Positions 51,954 through 64,000 of a stretch of 64,000 nucleotides of DNA are shown piece after piece. The translations under genes and the position numbers were made by a program. The stretch spans positions 114,204,001 to 114,268,000 of the forward strand of contig OX597814.1 in NCBI GenBank assembly GCA_951406725.2, in the 5' to 3' direction. Every line of letters starts with the position of its first letter. The first letter of the stretch is position 1. Below the pieces are notes generated by a model. The model did no database searches. It was not told where the DNA came from and saw only the letters and a list, made by a program, of their open reading frames with translations. This DNA comes from Octopus vulgaris. Lineage: Eukaryota.

Positions 51954-54325
51954 CTGTGCTTGTCCCCCCAACATTGCTTGACAACCGATGCTGGTGTGTT
52001 TATGTACCCATAACTTAGAAGTTTAGCAAAAGAGAACGACAGAATAAGTCCTGGGGTCGATTTGCTCAACTAAAGGCGGTGCTACAGCATGGCCACAGTC
52101 AAATGACTGAAACAAATAAAAGAGTAAAAGAATAGCAATTCAAAATCCTTTGCTGACATAGTAGAGCCATTGTGATCTGACTGATTCTTTCTAAACAACC
52201 TCTGAGTGTTCTGTTTAGACACTGCTTAATCTAGCCTGCCAATGATCATTTTTCAAATAGTCCATTGATCCTGTAAAGAATCTTGTTCTCTCTGTGGTAC
52301 TTTTTTTGTCTCTACTACAACTGCAGTTTTTAAAGGAGTTGCACTTGCAACAGGAAATGTCAAATAAATCTTTTGTTGCATTGTTTTTAAACACATTACA
52401 CTTTGAAACGATGGCACATTTTTTCTATTTTCCACAGATTTTAGTAATGCTTGGTACTTTAGATAAAAGTTTAAGATTTTCGGTCCAACTGACTCAATTG
52501 CAACACAAAAGAAGGATGCCTTTTGCCAAAGAAGAATTATCTTTCCTGCTACAGTCTTGACAATTTGTTTAATTGAAGGGTCTTTCCTAACTACATTCTT
52601 TCCTACTGTTCTATATTTAAGAGAGGAGGAATTATTTACATTATTTACATTTGACGGATATTTGTCTTCATCTTGTTTGTTGTTAACAATGTTTTGGCTG
52701 ATATACCCTCCAGCCTTCTTTAGGTGTCTTGGGGAAATTTCGAACCTGGGTTCTCATTCCTGATGTATTTTTTGATATTATTATTATTATTATTATTGAG
52801 TGGCTGTGTGGTAAGTAGCTTGCTAACCAGCCACATGGTTCCGGGTTCAGTCCCACTGCGTGGCATCTTGGGCAAGTGTCTTCTGCTATAGCCCCGGGCC
52901 GACCAATGCCTTGTGAGTGGATTTGGTAGACGGAAACTGAAAGAAGCCTGTCGTATATATGTATATATATATATAAGTGTGTGTGTATATGTTTGTGTGT
53001 CTGAGTTTGTCCCCCTAGCATTGCTTGACAACCGATGCTGGTGTGTTTACGTCCCCGTTACTTAGCGGTTCGGCAAAAGAGACCGATAAAATAAGTACTG
53101 GGCTTACAAAGAATAAGTCCCGGGGTCGATTTGCTCGACTAAAAGGCGGTGCTCCAGCATGGCCGCAGTCAAATGACTGAAACAAGTAAAAGAGTAAAGA
53201 GAGTATCATTATAAATGCCTACGGCATGTAGAGACGCAATGGCCTGGTGGTTAGGGCAGCGGACTCACGATCGATTCCCAGACCGGGCGTTTTGTGTGTT
53301 TATTAAGCGAAAACATCTAAAAGCTCTACGAGGCTCTGGCAGAGGGTGGTGGCGACCACTGTTGTACTCTTTTGCCACAACTTTCTCTCACTCTCTCTTC
53401 CTGTTTCTGGAGTAACGCTGTGATGGACCGGTGTCCTGTCCAGCTGGGGGAAACACATACGCCACAGAAACCGGGAAACTGGGCCCATGAGCCTGGCTAG
53501 GCTTGAAAAGGGCAAAAAGAAAGAATGCCCATGGCATAGTGGTTAAGAGCATGGGCTACTAACCCCAAGATTCCAAGTTTGATTCCAGGTAGTGACCTGA
53601 ATAATAATAATAACATCGAAAAATACCTTAGGAACGAGAAACCAGGTTCTAAATTTCCCCAAGACACCTGATGAAGGCTGGAGGGTATATCAGCTGAAAC
53701 ATTGTGTTAACAACAAACAAGATGAGGACAAATATCCATGAAATGTAAATAATGTACATCCTTTTTTTTTTCATTCAAATAAAACACATTTTACTGTGTC
53801 CTTGTAAGTTGGTAAAACTCGCTAAGATCACATGGAGTACCAAATATTGGGCATTCAATAACATGATGCATTATCAGTTTATGAGTCATTACTAAATGTA
53901 AACAACACTAAATTAAACACGGTCATTAATTTTAATACAATGGCCTAAAGTCAAGGTACAAAGCAGAAAACTTAATCATTGCAGTAGTACTGAAGAGAAG
54001 TTCACACTCTTGTTCAATTTATGGTCAATGCAGAACCTCAAGATATTAGTCAATTGTATTGAAACTTGATATGTAACCTCTTGAGGAAACTATATTTACA
54101 TAGCATTCTGCTATGAAGAAATATGTATTTGCTAGGACTTATGATCCAGGAAATCCAAAATTCGACCAAAAATAGTGATTTTTAAAAGTTTCAATTGCGT
54201 TGCAGAGCCTGGAAGAAATATTTAACCGCAAAGTTCTTTATACATCTTTCTTTTAACCCTAATACGCAACAAAATATTGATTCTTGGTTACCAATTTCAG
54301 AAGTTGCATTTTTTGCTCCACCCTA
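51251..54325 (-). mobile_element. Old DNA transposon relic, possibly Sola2-like, carrying nested SINE and Penelope-like insertions
   Basis: Inverted ends tagagtggtgcaaaaaa / ttttttgctccacccta and inverted subterminal repeats (cttcaggctccgcaa); minus-strand remnant at ~52200-52590 reads KDPSIKQIVKTVAGKIILLWQKAS...LFDISCCKCNSFKNCSCSRDKKVPQREQDSLQDQ. Superfamily assignment is from memory. Confidence 0.55.
53524..53757 (+). mobile_element. tRNA-like head + (AAT)n + hammerhead-bearing Penelope-like tail; inverted partner at ~52605-52797
   Basis: TGGCATAGTGG A box, GTTTGATTCC B-box-like, anticodon-like arm GGG-CTACTAA-CCC; CTGATGA at 53668-53674 and GAAA at 53696-53699. Confidence 0.65.
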
Positions 54326-54330
54326 ATATA

Positions 54331-55553
54331 TAGGGTGTGATGGGTAAATTGTCACCATTTTATATTTTCAATTTCACACATGCACAGTGTTTGTTTTTCA
54401 CTTTGTTGACTACAGAGTATAGTGGGGTCAGTTGGGCACCGTCTGTGAGAAAAACGCAATTCACTCAAACAGAAATTTGGAAACAAACTGCCGTATTGTT
54501 TGGCATTCGTGCTGGAAGCTCCAATATAAACATTTCAGAGTTTTTGGGTGTCAATCTGAGGACAGTGCAGAGGATTCAGAAAGAATTGGATGAGTCTAAA
54601 GGTGATTATGATGTATAGCAGCTTAGAAAATACACTCTGATCATTCTGATAAGAAAAGAACTCCTGAATTTGTTGGCGAGATCCAGGCCATGATTGACAA
54701 TGATCCCTCCAAATCAATTGGGTCCATTGCCAGGTACATGTGAGTTTCAGGCAGTGTGTGAAGACATTCGGTATTCCTCATACAAGATGAGAAAGGGCCA
54801 ATTTTTATCCTAAGCCATCAAGTAGAAGAGGAAAGACTGCACTGCAAAGCTTTAGAACAAACTCAAACATCCCCTCCAACTGAACATGCTTTGGTTTTTT
54901 ACAGATGAGAAAAATTTCTGCCAGGAACAGATGGTGAACACACAAAACAACTGTTGGCTTGCTGTGGCCCCAAAACATGTACCAAGAGCGAGAAAAACAA
55001 AACATCCAGTTGACATCATGGCGTCTGGAATGATCACTAGTGACAGCGACATTATGCCTCCATTCATCTTCCCACACGGCCTCAGACTCAACACAGAGAC
55101 CGACATCAACTGCCTGGAGGAGGTAGTGCCGCCCTGGGTCAAGAGGTTGGCTATTGGAAGACCCTATGTCTGGCAACAGGACTCTGCACCATGCCACACA
55201 AGCAGGAGAACCCAGTCATGGCTGTCAGACAATTTCTGCGACCACATCACCACTTAACTCCACAGACTGCAAACCCCTTGATTATTATGTGTGAGTTGCA
55301 ATTGAGCGAGAGACCCACAAAACTCCATGTAAAACCAAAGATAAACTGAAGGCAAGAATTATGAAAGCATTCGGCAACTTAAACAGAAACGTCATCTGGA
55401 GGCTGTGGTTGAAGTCAATGGCGATTTTGTTGAATAGATTTACTCTTTAGGATTTCAAGATATTTTTATGCTATTTTGCTAAATCTATCTGTTAAAATGA
55501 AATGTCAGTGTTATTTTCATTTTTGTGTAATTTAGACGACAATTTATTCACTG

Positions 55554-55560
<7 letters not shown>
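54331..55560 (+). mobile_element. Decayed Tc1/mariner-superfamily element, probably maT (DD37D)
   Basis: Imperfect ~26-bp TIRs (tagggtgtgatgggtaaattgtcacc / gacgacaatttattcactgcactctg); transposase remnants WFFTDEKNF, VWQQDSAPCH, DCKPLDYYV with stops and frameshifts. Confidence 0.88.
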
Positions 55561-55616
<56 letters not shown>

Positions 55617-55960
55617 TATATATATATACACACACACATACATACATACACATATATATACACACACACATACACACATATACATGTGCATAAAGACGCA
55701 CACACACATACAAGCATGTACATATATATATATATATATGTATGTACACACATACATGCATGTACATATATATATATATATATATATGCTCATAATCACA
55801 CACACATACATACATGTGCATATATACACACATACATACACATACATGCATATGCACAAACATGTACATATATACATATGCACACACACTGCATGTACAT
55901 GCAATTACATATATGCACATAATCACACACACACACAGACACACGCACACAGACACACAC
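55558..55960. repeat. Compound (TG)/(TA)/(CA) microsatellite abutting the mariner right end
   Basis: Directly visible. Confidence 0.95.
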
Positions 55961-56354
55961 AAACAGGACAAATAACAATTCAGAAACAATATTTTCCTAC
56001 TGCTGACTTGTTGAATCTAAATGATAAAAACGTTTAATCTATTTATTGTAAAAGAGAAGATATAGATTTCAATTTTTGAAATTAGTTGAAAAATTTAATT
56101 AATTAATATTCAAGCAGTCAATAAGTCAATATTCCAAATATTTTTTCTTCATTAATAAATTGCTATTGATCACTAAATATACAATTTTCACTACTCACTG
56201 GCTTATCTCTTCCTATATTTAATCACAAACCGAATCAGTGATTGTTAAATTATCAAATTTGGAACAGAGAAATTTTTCAACCAGCAGAAAGAAATTGGAA
56301 AGAAATTAGGAAATGCAGTTCTGATTTGCTGTGAGAATATAAATTAATGCCAGT

Positions 56355-56662
56355 ATCACCACCATTGTCACTGCCAGTACCACCACCAGCACCACCGTTA
56401 TCATCACTGCCTTTGTCACCACCACCTCTACTACTACTACTACCACCACAACCTCTATGACTATTATTATTACTACTACTACCATCACCACCAACGATAT
56501 GTGTCACCAACACTTTCACTGCCCCCAACCACCTCTATTACTACTGCCACCACCACCAACTCTACTACTGTTACTACTACTATGACCACTAGCACCAGCA
56601 CTACCACCACCCCTACTATGACTACTACTATGAGCGCTGCCGCCACCGCCGCCATCACCACC
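56355..56662. repeat. (ACC/ACT)n trinucleotide low-complexity tract
   Basis: Directly visible; gives poly-T, poly-V and poly-G pseudo-ORFs. Confidence 0.9.
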
Positions 56663-57291
56663 AATCGACTGCCCCACTCCTCTAAAATTTCGGGCCTTGT
56701 GCCTAGAGCAGAAAAGAATATTCAACTTATAAAAGGAACCAAAACCAGTCTTTTGACAATGTGTCCGATACCCTAACCACTAAACCTCTCCTTACATATG
56801 TGTGTGTGTGTGTGTCCCTCCACCCACCACTTGACAACTGGGGTTGATTTGTTTATGTCTCTGTAATGTAGAAGTTTGGCAAAGGAGACCAATAGAACAT
56901 GTACCAGCTTAAGAAAGATAAATACTGGGATCAATTTATTCAATTAAAACAAGGCAGTGCTCCAACATGGCTGCAGTCTAATGACTTAGATAAAAAAAGA
57001 TGATCATATTTGGAATACCTTTGATCATAAAACAGCTGAATCAGAACTTGAGGGGGAGGGGGTGCATGAAATAACAACAACAACAACAACAACAGCAGCA
57101 GCAGGTAGATAGACAACAATTATAAAATTATTAAAAACCTAGAAAAATTTATCACAGAATTTCAATGAAGCTAAATTAATTATAGAATTACAAAAGAAAG
57201 AAAATCTAATTAATTAACCGTTATTAATTCTATCAAACACAAAATATGACTTTCTATTTGCTTCTGTAATTAATAAACGATTATTTCTTAC

Positions 57292-57397
57292 TATATATGT
57301 CTGTTTTTGTATTTTTCTCACGTCATCAAATTGTAGATTTATTAATTTGGGGATCAGCTTCACAAACTGTACGGCACACATCAGTAACTCATCAGAA
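57292..57397 (-). CDS. STK36: STK36/Fused internal exon (106 nt, phase 2->0): SDELLMCAVQFVKLIPKLINLQFDDVRKIQKQTYI
   Basis: Pyrimidine tract ending ttttcctacag, donor gtaaga; open frame joins next exon in phase; resembles recalled human STK36 ([29 protein letters not shown]). An alternative donor gtgaga lies 30 nt upstream. Confidence 0.75.
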
Positions 57398-57659
57398 CTG
57401 TAGGAAAAATAAAATGAAATAAAATGAAAATAAATAAAAAGCTGAGTCGATAGAAACAATCAAGATATATTATAATGTCAACAGAATGAAATAAAATAAC
57501 AGTAATAGAGGAGAGGCCTTTGTGGGTCATCTGTTAAACTTTGTGTACTCGCAACACAGCTACTGCACAAAGAAGGGGTTTCTGACCTTATTACTAAAAT
57601 CACTTGAAAGTGGGACTGTGATTGCTTTCAGATTCAAGGTTAGGTCTGATACAATAAAC

Positions 57660-60515
57660 CAGGGGTCTCCAAAGTTTTCCAGCGGAGGGCCACATTGCTG
57701 AATTTTTAAAGCTACGGGGGCCAAGGTTCTAAATTATTTATTTTACCAAAATAATATAAATAAATAGTGAATTAATAATTAAAAAAGGTTATTTATTCAG
57801 TACATAATCACAATGTATATAATATCAGTAACAATTAACATGTTTTTTTTAACTTTGATCAATAGGGGAAACATGAAATTGTTTCATTTCTGACAAAATT
57901 TTGTCCAACTGAGGTTCAAAATGAGTGGTTCCAATAACAAGCAATGCATTTAAATGTTCATCAGACAATTGTGATCTGTAGCAGGATTTTGTGTATTTCA
58001 TCTTTGAAAAAGTCTTCTCACACAAATATGTGGTGCCAAAAACTGAAATGAATTCACAGGCAAACCTCCTTAAATGAAGAAATTGGTCGGATGGAAGGCA
58101 TTTGTAGAATTCAATCAAATTTCCCTCTTTATATTTGTCCTTCAGGATGTCATTGGATTGCAAATCAATAACTTCCATTTGTAACTCAGAAGGTAAGTCT
58201 CCAATAACAGAGTTAAATGGATTTTCAAAAATTCTTAGTTTTGACGAACATGCATCAAGATCAGAAAAACGTTCTTCAAACTGTTGTTTCAAAGCTAAAA
58301 TGACATCTTGAGCAAACAAGTTTGGAAATGGAGTGGCAGCTTCCTGTCTATATTTGTCACATCGTGAAAAATGAGTAAAGCAGCTTCTTGTTAACTGACT
58401 TTCAAATAGTATTAATTTCTTACGTAAAGCTTTCACCTTTGAGTACAAATCACAGATGAGTGAAGTTTCACCTTGTATCCGTAGGTTGAAATCATTGAGA
58501 TGCATAGTTAAATCGGATGAAAATGCTAATTTCCAGAGCCATTCACTGTCTTTGAGCAACACCTGTGAATGGTTTTTCTCATTTAAAAATATTTCAATTT
58601 CAGTTCGAAGCTCAAAAAATCTAGCCAGAATTTTTCCATAGCTAAGCCATCTTACTGAAGTATAGTAAGGTAGGTCTGGAAACTCAGCATTCATTTCCTC
58701 CAAGAAATCACGAAATTGGCGATGTTTGAGTCCATGAGATCTTATGTAGTTAACAGTGGAAATCACAGGATCTAATACAGATGATAAATCAAGATGCTTT
58801 CCACACAGTGCTTGCTGATGAAGAATACAATGCAATACCAAAGGTTTCAATCCACCGGAATTCTCAATTACTTTGTTAATTTGCCCAACTAAGCCCTTTT
58901 TGGTTCCACACATATTTCTGCCACCATCTGTTGTTATGCATTTTAGTTTTTTCCATTCCAAATTATACTCAGCCACTGACTTTTCCACTTCTCTAAAAAT
59001 ATCTATGCCTGTTGTTGTTCCATGCATGCTGTGCACAGATACAAGTTCCTCAGCAATCTCAAAATTGGCATTTATTCCTCTGATGAACAATAACAATTGG
59101 GATGTGTCTGATACATCAATTGACTCATCAAGTGCAACAGAAAAGCATACAAACTTGCTGGCTTTGTCTTTTAGCTGTGATTTAATATTTCTTTCAATAT
59201 GTTCAACCCTACGAGCAACAGTGTTCGCAGAAAGACTAATTGCGGAAAATAAATCTACGTTTTCTGGACACATTTCCTTAGCTACCTCATTCAAGCACTT
59301 TTTAATAAGTTCACCATCTGTAAATGGCTTACCTTTCTTCGCCAAAAGGTTAGCAACATGGAAGCTTGCTCTTGTTGCTCTCTCTTTTTCTACAGCCTTC
59401 TTCTTGAAAACAAACTGCATTGATGATAAATTCTTCTTTAATTTGTCAAATTTCTCTTTACGTAGCTGTCCAATGAATTGGTAGTACTGTGATGAATGCT
59501 TTTTTTCATAATGTCTCCGAATGTTGTACTCTTTAAGTACTGCAATTGTGTCGGTGCATATTACGCATAGTGCCTTGTTGTTTGACTCTATGACAAAATA
59601 GTCTATGTTCCATTGTTCCTTAAAAACTCTACACTCAGAGTCGATTTTTCGTTTTCTTCCTTGAGCTAACATTTTTACCATGGGTCGACAGATTTTGCTC
59701 GACGATATATGTAAAAGGACGAAACAAGTAAAAACAATATTCACAGGTCACTCGATACGTGCATTCACTTCGGCAGCGACGACGACAAATGACTCACACT
59801 TGTGCACAACGAAAACGCCAAGTCTGTGCTGACTGACGGAATGCGCATCGAACTTTACTCCATGCTGATTGGCGACTGCACCAGGATTAGAAACCACCAC
59901 ACAACGTCAGGCTCAACCCTCTCTATTCATCGCTCGTGAGATGTAGGTAACATCGATAAATCGATATTTGTCTTCTTTTATTATACTAGGCACGGGACTT
60001 TTATTAACGTCATACTTGTCGTATCTGCTCTCTCGACAGTTGACGGAATAGGTTGACTTTTCTGCGACATCAATAAAGCTAGAAATTGAATCTCTGCTTC
60101 ATTGTAAGCAGCACCATCCATCTCACTGACAATCGCCTATTATCTAAGATGAATGATAGGTAGCTCCATAGCGAAGTTAATTCATTTTATGGTGGTTCTG
60201 ATGGGTCAGTTAAAACGGGGGAGTGGAAAAGAACCTATATTTACACTAAAGTTTAGTGTATAAATTTTTAATTCGCCGGCGCAATTTAAAGACATTAATT
60301 GATGGCAAATCAATTAGCGTCGTCTTGCGTCTATTTGCTGTACTATATTTGTCAAACGTATTAAAAGGGGTGTAAAGTATATTTGTTTTTGTATGATTTC
60401 GGCAAGGCTTGTTTTTCGACATTTGTTTTATAATTTTGGAGGACAGCTTGGCGGGCCGGATTAAAAACCTTGGCGGGCCGAATCCGGCCCGTGGGCCGTA
60501 CTTTGGAGACCCCTG
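57660..60515 (-). mobile_element. hAT DNA transposon (Buster/Charlie-like), copy 2, 2856 bp, full length
   Basis: Same TIRs; perfect 8-bp TSD CAATAAAC (57652-57659, 60516-60523); GC-rich subterminal GGCGGGCCG/CGGCCC motifs intact. Confidence 0.97.
57849..59681 (-). CDS. hAT transposase, 610 aa from first ATG
   Basis: Same motifs as copy 1; differs at 5 residues (T/A, A/S, I/N, F/L, P/A). Confidence 0.95.
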   Translation of the reverse strand: MVKMLAQGRKRKIDSECRVFKEQWNIDYFVIESNNKALCVICTDTIAVLKEYNIRRHYEKKHSSQYYQFIGQLRKEKFDKLKKNLSSMQFVFKKKAVEKERATRASFHVANLLAKKGKPFTDGELIKKCLNEVAKEMCPENVDLFSAISLSANTVARRVEHIERNIKSQLKDKASKFVCFSVALDESIDVSDTSQLLLFIRGINANFEIAEELVSVHSMHGTTTGIDIFREVEKSVAEYNLEWKKLKCITTDGGRNMCGTKKGLVGQINKVIENSGGLKPLVLHCILHQQALCGKHLDLSSVLDPVISTVNYIRSHGLKHRQFRDFLEEMNAEFPDLPYYTSVRWLSYGKILARFFELRTEIEIFLNEKNHSQVLLKDSEWLWKLAFSSDLTMHLNDFNLRIQGETSLICDLYSKVKALRKKLILFESQLTRSCFTHFSRCDKYRQEAATPFPNLFAQDVILALKQQFEERFSDLDACSSKLRIFENPFNSVIGDLPSELQMEVIDLQSNDILKDKYKEGNLIEFYKCLPSDQFLHLRRFACEFISVFGTTYLCEKTFSKMKYTKSCYRSQLSDEHLNALLVIGTTHFEPQLDKILSEMKQFHVSPIDQS

Positions 60516-63500
60516 CAATAAACCTATAATCAGGTGAATTCTAGCTTGAAGAAAGAGGACATGTCATTGAGGAGGTCATGAATAGAGATGAAAGGGCTTT
60601 GACAAACAATTAAGCGATTGATTGTTTAATCAACACAAACAAATGATCGATTAGTTTGTTGGTTAGATACTTAACCGATTGACTAACAATAAAAAATAAA
60701 GTGATATTCAACCGGTGTGTGTGTGTTTATTATTATTAACTAAATGACCATCCCATGGCACAACATCTTATTCTTATTCTCCTGATTTTTTTTTGTGATT
60801 CTGTCTGTTAGTTTTCCTGCAATCATTACTCTTGAGCTGTATACTCAACTATTCATTTTCTTTTGGCTCAGGAGTCCAGGTCTACAAGGATTAAGATGGC
60901 AAGATGTAGTTGGAAGGAGATTTGGATGATATTTCTATCAGATGAAGCAACGACATAAATATTTTTTCTTTTGTCGTGATGTTGTTGTTCCTTTTAAGGC
61001 TGCGAGCTGGCAGAAATGTTAGCATGCCGGGTGAAATGCTTAGCGGTATTTTGTCTGTCTTTATGTTCTGAGTTCAAATTCCGCCATGGTCGACTTTGCC
61101 TTTTGTTCTTTCCAGGTTGATAAATTAAGTACCAGTTACGTAGTGGGATCAATATAATTAACTGCCCCTACTCCCCCAAAATTTTGGGCCTTCTGCCTAG
61201 AGTAGAAAGGGATGTTGTTGTTTAGCTCCTGCTCACATTCTGGCTGAGCGAACCTACATTCAAAGACTTCCAGCTCTGACCATCCTATTGATTTTTGTTT
61301 TGTTTTTTGAGTATTATATCACACTATTGCTCAACATGTTCTTCCCTTATTAAGATAGTAGAGTATGATTTGAGAAAATTTGACTGCTATTTCTGCCATG
61401 ACAAATGACCATATAAAAGCTCCCTCATTGGTTAAACCATATTTCTAACAACTGTTTCTCAAGCATATACTCTTTTACTTGTTTCAGTCATTTGACTGTG
61501 GCCATGCTGGAGCACCGCCTTTAGTCGAGCAAACTGACCTCAGGACTTATTCTTTGTAAGCCTAGTACTTATTCTAATGGTTTCTTTTGCCGAACTGCTA
61601 AGTTACGGAGACGTAAACACACCAGCATCGGTTGTTAAGCGATGTTGGGGGTGGCAAACACAGACACATATATATATATCTATATACATATATATACATA
61701 TATACGATGGGCTTCTTTCAGTTTCCGTCTACCAAATCCACTCAGAAGCCTTTGGTCGGCCTGAGGCTATAGTAGAAGACACTTTCCCAAGGTGCCATGC
61801 AGTGGGACTGAACCCAGAACCATGTGGTTGGTAAGCAAGCTACTTACCACACAGCCACTCCTACGCCAAAGTATTCACTCACAATAGCATAGCACATATT
61901 TGTCTTTGTTGATCTGACCTTGTTTAGCCCAAGGTCAGACCTGATACAACAAATCTATTATCAAAGATATTCTACATTTTTTTCTTCCTTTTGCAGACAG
62001 TTTACCTCAAACTTCATTATCTAGTATCGTTTCCTTTTCATTTCTTTTAAGATAGCAGGGTCTAATTTAAGGGATTTGGCTACTGTTTCTAGCACACTGA
62101 TTGATCATGAGGAGGATCTCTCATTGATCAGTTTTATGGGAAATTTCCTTTTATAGCAGTGAAGGGAGGGAGGAAGTCATGCAAACTATTCAGTCATTTG
62201 ACTGTGGTCATGCTGGAGCACCACCTTTTAGTCAAGCAAATCGACCCCAGGACTTATTCTTTGTAAGCCTAGTACATATTCTATCGGTCTCTTTTTGCCG
62301 AACCACTAAGTTACGGGGACATAAACACATCAGCATCGTATGTCAAGCAATGTTGAGTGGGGAGACATAGACACACACAGTTTCAGTTTACCAAATCCAA
62401 AATGCCATGCAGTGGAACCATGAGGTTGGTAAGCAAGCTACTTACTACACAGCCACCCCTACACCAGTTTTGTAATTAAAGCTAATTAATTGCTTCAGTT
62501 CTTTCAAAGGTGCCATGCAGTGGGACTGAACCTGGAACCATGTGGTTGGTAAGCAAGCTACATACCACACAGCCACTCCTGCACCAGTTTTGTATTTAAA
62601 ACTAATTAATTGCATTGGTTCTTCCAACTGCAAAATATTCCATGTTCCCACTGTCACATTTCATATTCTGTTTCACTAAGTTTAGCTACACTTCTTCACA
62701 CATACAACCAAACATCTCTGCTTTACTCAGTCAAACAAATCAAGTCTGAGGTTCATATCTGAATTGTATCACCAATCTAAACACAACCAGGTAACACCCG
62801 TATCATAACTGCTTTCAATTTAACACAACAAAATCTGCCAAAATGTTCTGGAAGAATAGTATATAGGCTTGTGCGTTTCTGTATTTTCTAAAGATTTATA
62901 AATGGGCGCAGGAGTGGCTGTGTGGTATGTAGCTTACTCAGCAACCACATGGTTCAGGGTTCATTCCCACTGTGTGGCACCTTGGGCAAGTGTCTTCTTC
63001 TATAGCCTCGGGCCAACCAAAGCCTTGTAAGTGGATTTGGTAGACAGAAACTGAAAGAAGCCCGTCGTATATATGTATATAAATATATGTGTGTATGTAT
63101 ATGTTTGTGTGTTCCCCCAACATCGCTTGACAACTGATGGTGGTGTGTTTACGTCCCCGTAACTTAGCAGTTCGGCAAAAGAAACCATTAGAATAAGTAC
63201 TAGGCTTACAAAGAATAAGTCCTGAGGTAGATTTGCTCGACTAAAGGCAGTGCTCCAGCATGGCCACAGTCAAATGACAAACAAGTAAAAGAGTAGACTA
63301 ACCCCATCCCCTCAAATTTCAGGCCTTGTGCCTATAATAGAAAGGATTATTATTATTATTATTATTAGATGGCATGCTGGCAGAACTGTTAGCATGCCAG
63401 GCAAAATGCTAAGCAGCATTTCTTCTGCCTTGAAGTTCTGAGTTCAAATTCCGCCAAGGTCGACTTTACCTATCATCCTTTCAGTATTGATTAAGTACCA

Positions 63501-63791
63501 GTTGAACATTGGAGTTGATGTAATCGACTTATCCCCACCACCAAAATTACTGTCATTGAGGTAAAATTTGAAACCATTATTACTATTATTATTATTATTA
63601 TCATTATTTATAACTTTTAATCATTACTGGAAGTCCATTTTGATTTCTACAAACTGTATCTATTCTTTCTCTGCTGGATGTCACACAAACATGACTTATG
63701 AACAGCATCTCTCTCTCTCTCTCTCTATCTGAAAATCCATTTAGGTGGCTATTTGTCCATTTTTCAGCTCTGGTGACTCATGGATGTAGTA

Positions 63792-63837
<46 letters not shown>

Positions 63838-64000
63838 CGTTCCCTGGTTATCAAGAAAGCCACAGGGAATGAGTTTGGTACTTTTAAGCTAAGCGAATAA
63901 TTATTACCAGTTCCTTTTATTGTTATGAACCGTCTACTTTAGCAACTGGCATACTCCCCCTCTCTCTCTCTCTCTCTCTTCTGGACATTGAGTAAACACA

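Noticed and set aside
56277-56776. Mucin-like Thr-rich and Gly-rich ORFs
   Set aside because: Trinucleotide low-complexity tract inside an intron.

Overview
AT-rich, repeat-dense eukaryotic DNA whose SINE, LINE and microsatellite content looks like a coleoid cephalopod (Octopus-like; inferred, not database-checked). The whole window lies inside one minus-strand gene. I reconstructed eight short GT-AG exons with consistent phases (57397-57292, 43548-43398, 40124-40003, 37717-37610, 33980-33882, 26096-26002, 6555-6492, 1526-1416). Their joined translation aligns, from memory, to the non-kinase middle region of STK36/Fused. The introns hold two near-identical intact hAT (Buster/Charlie-like) transposons with different 8-bp TSDs, a decayed maT/mariner, a probable Sola-like relic, Tx1, CR1 and RTE LINE fragments, at least three SINE families, several MITEs, Helitron-type elements, a U6 pseudogene and long microsatellites. 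Three things stand out: (1) a perfect 115-bp intronic antisense copy of one STK36 splice acceptor plus exon start; (2) a Penelope-type hammerhead-ribozyme repeat, joined in one copy to a tRNA-like Pol III head; (3) the two hAT copies bracket a frame-symmetric six-exon block, and the inner end of one copy is damaged. Repeat boundaries are approximate unless a TSD or TIR is quoted.
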